The translations under genes and the position numbers were made by a program. A DNA stretch of 64,000 bases. It comes from Candidatus Bathyarchaeia archaeon (GTDB lineage Archaea > Thermoproteota > Bathyarchaeia > Bathyarchaeales > Bathycorpusculaceae). Of this stretch, positions 59,280-64,000 are shown one piece after another. Location: positions 1 to 64,000 of the forward strand of contig JBEKBM010000008.1 in assembly GCA_050015395.1 (NCBI GenBank). The letters run 5' to 3'. Below the pieces are notes generated by a model. The model worked only from the letters and a program-made list of their open reading frames with translations. It did no database searches and was not told where the DNA came from. Positions within the stretch are counted from its first letter, which is position 1. Each line of letters begins with the position of its first letter.

Positions 59280-60905
59280 TTGAGTTTCGAAATAAAAGAA
59301 AAAGACTTGCTTGGCAGAATAGGCAAACTTGAAACTAAAAGTGGAACAGTGGAAACGCCTCTATTATTCCCAGTAATTAACCCCAGCATTCAGCTTGTTT
59401 CGCCTAGAAGGCTTAAGGAAACGTTTGGTTTTGAAGCAGTCATAACTAACGCTTACATACTCAAAAAACGATATGAGGATAAACCAGTCAACGAGGGCTT
59501 ACATAAATTTCTAGACTTCGACGGCGCAGTAATGACTGATTCAGGAGCCTACCAAATCCTCGTTTATGGAGAAGTAGACGTTAGCCAAAAAGACATCGTT
59601 GCCTATCAAGAAGGCATCGGCAGCGACATCGCCACCATGCTTGACATACCAACAGGCTGGAAAGTAACCAGAGAACAAGCCGAAGGCACCGTGACTGAAA
59701 CATTGCACAGAGCAAAGGCTTTCTTTAAAACCAAAACGCGAGATGACATTTTATGGGTTGGGCCAATACAGGGCGGAAGACACCTGGATCTTGTTGCAAA
59801 CTCGGCGCTTGAAATGGGGAAGCTGCCTTTCCAAATCCACGCGCTTGGAAGCCCAACAGAAGTCATGGAAAGCTACCGCTACGACGTATTAGCCGACATG
59901 ATTTTAACGGCGAAAAAATGCTTGCCCATAGAGCGTCCGTTGCACCTGTTTGGCGCTGGGCACCCAGCTATGTTCTCGTTGGCTGTGGCGCTGGGTTGTG
60001 ACCTTTTTGATTCAGCAGCTTACGCGTTGTACGCGAGGGAAAACCGTTACATGACTGAGAACGGCACATGGCGGCTTGAAGAAATGGATTATTTCCCATG
60101 TTGCTGCCCCAGATGCTCCGCGGAAACGCCAAGGGGACTGGAAAAAAGGTCGAAGAAGGAACGGGAAGTTTTCTTGGCTGAACATAATCTCTACGTTTGC
60201 CAAGCTGAGCTTAAGCGCATTAAACAAGCTATAAGGAACGGCAGGCTTTGGGAGCATACGGAAATGCGGGTCCATGGTCATCCAGCGTTGCTTTCAGCAT
60301 TAAAGCGATTGCGAAGTCATGCTGATTTTCTTGAAAGGTACAGTCCAACTGTGAAGGGCAGCGGATTCTTCTATTTCGACTCGGTGGGTCTTGTGCGTCC
60401 TGAAATAACTCATTATCGGAAACGGTTAAACCAGCGATATGACCCGCCGAAGAATGCAAGGGTTCTTTTGCTTGTGCCGCAAACAAGGAATAAACCGTTT
60501 CATAGGGCGCCTGAGTTTAAGAAGATTAGGCATCTTTTCCGCTGTTTAGGCGAAGAGCTGGCTTCGAAAATTCACATTTGCGTTTACGCTGCCCCATTCG
60601 GGGTGGTTCCGTTGGAGCTTGATGAGGTTTATCCGCTCAGCCAGCATGAGGCTGCTTTGCCGCTTGACTTGGAAACCGTAGACTACGTTGCGGGCCAAAC
60701 CCGTGAATACATTAGGCGCACGGCGTACACGGGTGTTGTTTTGCTTAATGATGCTAAACTTTGGAAAGACACCGTTAAAAAAGCCTGCAGGTCAGCGTGT
60801 AGAGCGAAGGGTTTAGCGTTTGATTCTGTTGATGCAGATGTGGAAGGAAGCAAAGAGATTTTAATTCGTTTAGAGAACATTTTGCGTAGACAATTGAGCG
60901 AATAA
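59280..60905 (+). CDS. tgtA: Archaeosine tRNA-guanine(15) transglycosylase
   Basis: MTDSGAYQ, PIQGG, HLFGAGHP, DLFDSAAY, CxCxxC...EHN. Confidence 0.96.
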   Translation: MSFEIKEKDLLGRIGKLETKSGTVETPLLFPVINPSIQLVSPRRLKETFGFEAVITNAYILKKRYEDKPVNEGLHKFLDFDGAVMTDSGAYQILVYGEVDVSQKDIVAYQEGIGSDIATMLDIPTGWKVTREQAEGTVTETLHRAKAFFKTKTRDDILWVGPIQGGRHLDLVANSALEMGKLPFQIHALGSPTEVMESYRYDVLADMILTAKKCLPIERPLHLFGAGHPAMFSLAVALGCDLFDSAAYALYARENRYMTENGTWRLEEMDYFPCCCPRCSAETPRGLEKRSKKEREVFLAEHNLYVCQAELKRIKQAIRNGRLWEHTEMRVHGHPALLSALKRLRSHADFLERYSPTVKGSGFFYFDSVGLVRPEITHYRKRLNQRYDPPKNARVLLLVPQTRNKPFHRAPEFKKIRHLFRCLGEELASKIHICVYAAPFGVVPLELDEVYPLSQHEAALPLDLETVDYVAGQTREYIRRTAYTGVVLLNDAKLWKDTVKKACRSACRAKGLAFDSVDADVEGSKEILIRLENILRRQLSE

Positions 60906-60907
60906 CC

Positions 60908-61513
60908 TTGATTCAAGCTGATTTACATATTCACACTGTTTATTCTAGTGACTCTGTTATTCAACCGAAAACTTTGGTTGACCAGCTTGTAGCTCACAGT
61001 TTCATTAAGGTTGCAGCCGTAACAGACCATGACAGCGTAAGAGGCTGCGAGGCTACGGTTGAGTTGGCTTCGGCTTATCCTGACATTTTGATTATTCCAG
61101 GCGTTGAAATTAGCACGCTGTATGGCGACATGTTGATTTTGGGCACTGAAGAGTTGCCGCCAAGACCTTGGACGCCTGAAGCTGTGGTTGATTACGCTAA
61201 AAGCATAAGCGGGATCTCTATTGTGGCGCATCCTTATCGTGAGTATGGCATGGGCGATTTAGCGAGAAACTACAAAGTTGACGCCATAGAAGTCCTCAAT
61301 GGCGGGTCCACGGCGGCGGCGAATAACGAGGCGAAGGAGCTTGCTAAGAGTATGGGTTTGCCTGGGACAGCTGGCAGCGATGCTCATCAATTGTCAGAGT
61401 TGTTTAGTGTGTGCTCTAAGATTGATGCTTCTTTGGATGTTGACGCTGTTTTGAGGGCGATTAAGAAGGGTTCTGTATCTGCGCAGGTGACGAGAGGGTC
61501 AATACATATTTAA
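60908..61513 (+). CDS. PHP-domain metal-dependent phosphoesterase
   Basis: DLHIHT, TDHD, GVE, AHP, GSDAH. Confidence 0.93.
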   Translation: MIQADLHIHTVYSSDSVIQPKTLVDQLVAHSFIKVAAVTDHDSVRGCEATVELASAYPDILIIPGVEISTLYGDMLILGTEELPPRPWTPEAVVDYAKSISGISIVAHPYREYGMGDLARNYKVDAIEVLNGGSTAAANNEAKELAKSMGLPGTAGSDAHQLSELFSVCSKIDASLDVDAVLRAIKKGSVSAQVTRGSIHI

Positions 61514-61561
61514 AACAGCATTTCATTTTTAGTCGTTAACTGTTAACAAGGATTGGTTTGA

Positions 61562-62818
61562 TTGCAGGTTGGATTTTTGGGCGGCGCCAGAGAAGTTGGT
61601 AGAATTGGTATAACTGTTAAGTCTGAGCAGAGTAAGGTTGTGTTAGATTATGGTGTTATGCTTGATCATGAGCCGGGGTTTCCGATGCATGTTCCTCCGA
61701 AAGAAGTTGATGCGGTAATTTTAACTCACAGTCACCTTGACCATTCAGGCGCCATACCAATTTTTTATATTAATGATAAGAAACCGTTGTATACGAACAG
61801 GCTTAATTTGGAGTTAACGCAGGTTCTTATTCAGGATTTTATTCATTTGTCTGGTTATTATTTGCCTTTTGAGTATCTTGAGCTTGATGCTATGATGCAT
61901 AACAACAGGCATTTAGATTTTGGTGTTGAAGAAGCCATCGGTGACATGAAGGTTAAACTGTTTGATGCTGGTCATACGCCGGGGAGCGCTCAGGTGCTCA
62001 TTGAGGCGGACGGCAAGAAGATTCTTTATACTGGCGACTACAACATGGAAGACAGCAAATTGTTAAAGGGTGCATCGATGGATTACGAGGATTTAGATGC
62101 AGTTGTCACTGAGAGCACTTATGCAAGTGAGGATCATACACCGCGGCCCGAGCTTGAGAGAAGTTTTGTTGAGGCGGCGACTGAGGTTGTTGAGCGAGGG
62201 GGGACCGTTCTGGTGCCAGCGTTCGGTGTGGGACGCGCCCAGGAAATTGCTTGTGTTTTAGCAGCGAATCATTTTGAGCACCCTGTTGTTTTGGATGGGA
62301 TGGCTCGGGAAGCTAGCAGAATAATAATGAACTACAAAGAGTTCCTTAGGGATCCGAGGCTTTTTATGAATGCTATACACTCGCTGGATTGGGTTGATGG
62401 CTGGCGAGACCGACGGAGAGCATCGAAGGATCCTGGTGTTATTATTTCGCCTGCGGGCATGTTGAAAGGTGGTCCATCACAGTTTTATGTTTCCAAAATA
62501 GGTAAAAAGGCAAATAATGCTATTTTCTTGGTTAGTTATCAGATTCCTGGGACGCCTGGCAAACAGTTGTTGGATAAGGGTATCACCATGATTGATGGGA
62601 AAGTGAGTAAGGTTAAGGCGCAGTATCGGCATTTTGATTTCTCTTCTCATTGCGGTGCAAGTCAGCTTAAAGAAGGGCTGCGGCGGATTGGGGGTAAACC
62701 TAAAGTTTTCGTTGTTCACGGCGCGGAGGGTAACTGTGAGCTTTTGGCGAATTGGGCGAAGACTGAGTTGGGTTTGGATGCTGTGGCGCCGAGGACTGGA
62801 GAAACCTACGAGATATAG
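61562..62818 (+). CDS. Beta-CASP metallo-beta-lactamase ribonuclease (aCPSF2-like)
   Basis: THSHLDHSG, AGHTPGS, TGD, FSSH, VHG. Confidence 0.93.
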   Translation: MQVGFLGGAREVGRIGITVKSEQSKVVLDYGVMLDHEPGFPMHVPPKEVDAVILTHSHLDHSGAIPIFYINDKKPLYTNRLNLELTQVLIQDFIHLSGYYLPFEYLELDAMMHNNRHLDFGVEEAIGDMKVKLFDAGHTPGSAQVLIEADGKKILYTGDYNMEDSKLLKGASMDYEDLDAVVTESTYASEDHTPRPELERSFVEAATEVVERGGTVLVPAFGVGRAQEIACVLAANHFEHPVVLDGMAREASRIIMNYKEFLRDPRLFMNAIHSLDWVDGWRDRRRASKDPGVIISPAGMLKGGPSQFYVSKIGKKANNAIFLVSYQIPGTPGKQLLDKGITMIDGKVSKVKAQYRHFDFSSHCGASQLKEGLRRIGGKPKVFVVHGAEGNCELLANWAKTELGLDAVAPRTGETYEI

Positions 62819-62828
62819 GCTGTTTGTT

Positions 62829-63380
62829 ATGAAGATTGGTATTTTGGCTGTTGGGGAAATAGCCCCTGATGTGCTGGTTGGGCTTCAGCAGGGTTTAGTT
62901 AAGACTTTTCCTGATATCGCTTGCTCGGTTATTAAGGAAGTTTTGCCTGTTCCTAAGCTGGCTTTTGATAAGAAACGTAACCAGTACAGTTCCAGCGTGA
63001 TTCTTAATGAAGTCAGGGCTTACGCGTCTAAACACGAGAAGTTTCATGGGGTTTTGGGCGTGGTTGATGTTGACATTTTTGTGCCTGAATTGAACTATGT
63101 GTTTGGTGAAGCGTACACTCCTGGAAGGGCTGCTTTGATTTCGTTGTGGAGGCTTAAGCCAAAGTTTTACGGTGAAAGTGCTGGCTCGGCTGTTTTTGTG
63201 TTGCGGGCTTTGAAGGAGGCTATTCACGAATTGGGGCACACGTTGGGTTTGCAGCATTGCCCGAGAAGCTTGTGTGTTATGCATTTTTCTAATTCTATTT
63301 TTGATACGGATAAAAAGCAAAGCTTATTGTGTGACCAGTGTTATTTGCAAGCGGCGTTAGCTATTAGTAATTTAGGGTAA
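62829..63380 (+). CDS. amzA: Archaemetzincin zinc metalloprotease
   Basis: HELGHTLGLQHC....CVMHFS...CDQC; ATG at 62829. Confidence 0.95.
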   Translation: MKIGILAVGEIAPDVLVGLQQGLVKTFPDIACSVIKEVLPVPKLAFDKKRNQYSSSVILNEVRAYASKHEKFHGVLGVVDVDIFVPELNYVFGEAYTPGRAALISLWRLKPKFYGESAGSAVFVLRALKEAIHELGHTLGLQHCPRSLCVMHFSNSIFDTDKKQSLLCDQCYLQAALAISNLG

Positions 63381-63386
63381 GCAACT

Positions 63387-64000
63387 GTGACTGAGCAAGA
63401 TAAGCTGGACAAGTTCAGGTTTCAAATTGTTTATTTGGCTCCGATACTGGCAAGCCTTGTTTTCGGTTTAGGCTGCGCTTACTTGCTGATGCCACAGCCG
63501 CAGTCGACGGCTATTCCGGTTACGCCTATTCCTAACAACACTCCCGCAGCACCACTTGGCAATGCTCTCTACTTTGTCATTATTGTCGCGATAAGTGCAA
63601 CGTTGTTTTATCTTTTGATTAAGCGGCGAAGCAAAAGAATCATCAAAGGATTAATCGTTGTTGCTATGACGACTGCATCTTTGTTGTTGTCGCTGGTTTA
63701 CTTGAACGCAATCCTCAATTATTTTCCAAGCTTGGACACCCTGCTCATACTCATACTCTTATCTGTAGCCATTACAGTACTGTTTGACTTTGCCATCTTC
63801 CGTTTAGGCAGCATACCCCGAAACGCAGCTGTAGTCGGCATCGGCGGTGCATTGGGCATCTTCTTCGGCTTCTCAATTCCACTATGGAGTGCGGTGCTGA
63901 TTTTGGCGTTTTTGGGGGTGTATGATGTGTTTGCGGTTTATCGTGGTCCAGTGGGTAAAATTGCTCAGTCTTCAGCAGGAATGGATCAGCTTCAGGGTTT
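63387..64000 (+). CDS. Presenilin-family intramembrane aspartyl protease (runs off the window end)
   Basis: GTG start; multi-TM; in-frame VYDVFAVYRGPVGKIA (YD catalytic motif) at ~63918-63965. Confidence 0.8.
   Translation, partial: MTEQDKLDKFRFQIVYLAPILASLVFGLGCAYLLMPQPQSTAIPVTPIPNNTPAAPLGNALYFVIIVAISATLFYLLIKRRSKRIIKGLIVVAMTTASLLLSLVYLNAILNYFPSLDTLLILILLSVAITVLFDFAIFRLGSIPRNAAVVGIGGALGIFFGFSIPLWSAVLILAFLGVYDVFAVYRGPVGKIAQSSAGMDQLQG

Noticed and set aside
62634-62828. Long N-terminal extensions in the ORF track (also 6659, 27254, 43131, 57322)
   Set aside because: Most overlap neighbouring genes or promoters; family motifs begin at downstream starts.

Overview
Archaeal chromosomal window, most likely Bathyarchaeia/TACK. 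This is inferred from Nop5-fibrillarin, archaeosine TGT, ATP-dependent ligase, short PurA, P1/L12, TTG starts and TATA promoters. A housekeeping backbone (pyrB, mdh, nop5/flpA, rnhB, tpiA, galT, nadA, nikR-NiCoT, trxA, lig, purA, tgtA, beta-CASP RNase, archaemetzincin, presenilin-type protease) is interrupted by small accessory patches. These patches are: (1) a tyrosine integrase plus Zn-finger gene next to rpl12; (2) a three-intron tRNA-Trp whose intron-containing 3' half recurs in diverged form 3 kb downstream, enclosing an ABC cassette; (3) a divergently arranged AbiEi/AbiEii-like pair whose antitoxin gene is bracketed by 38-bp inverted operator/promoter copies; (4) an AT-rich array of small genes each preceded by the same ~28-bp repeat and interspersed with related bulged hairpins; (5) an operon of three TIR-domain genes with no recognisable effector. 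Also present are an HTH-ATP-cone-NrdD fusion lacking the glycyl-radical motif, several small proteins missed by the ORF track (some needing ACG/CTG starts), candidate structured RNAs and a dispersed intergenic repeat family. All family calls come from reading motifs by eye; no searches were run.
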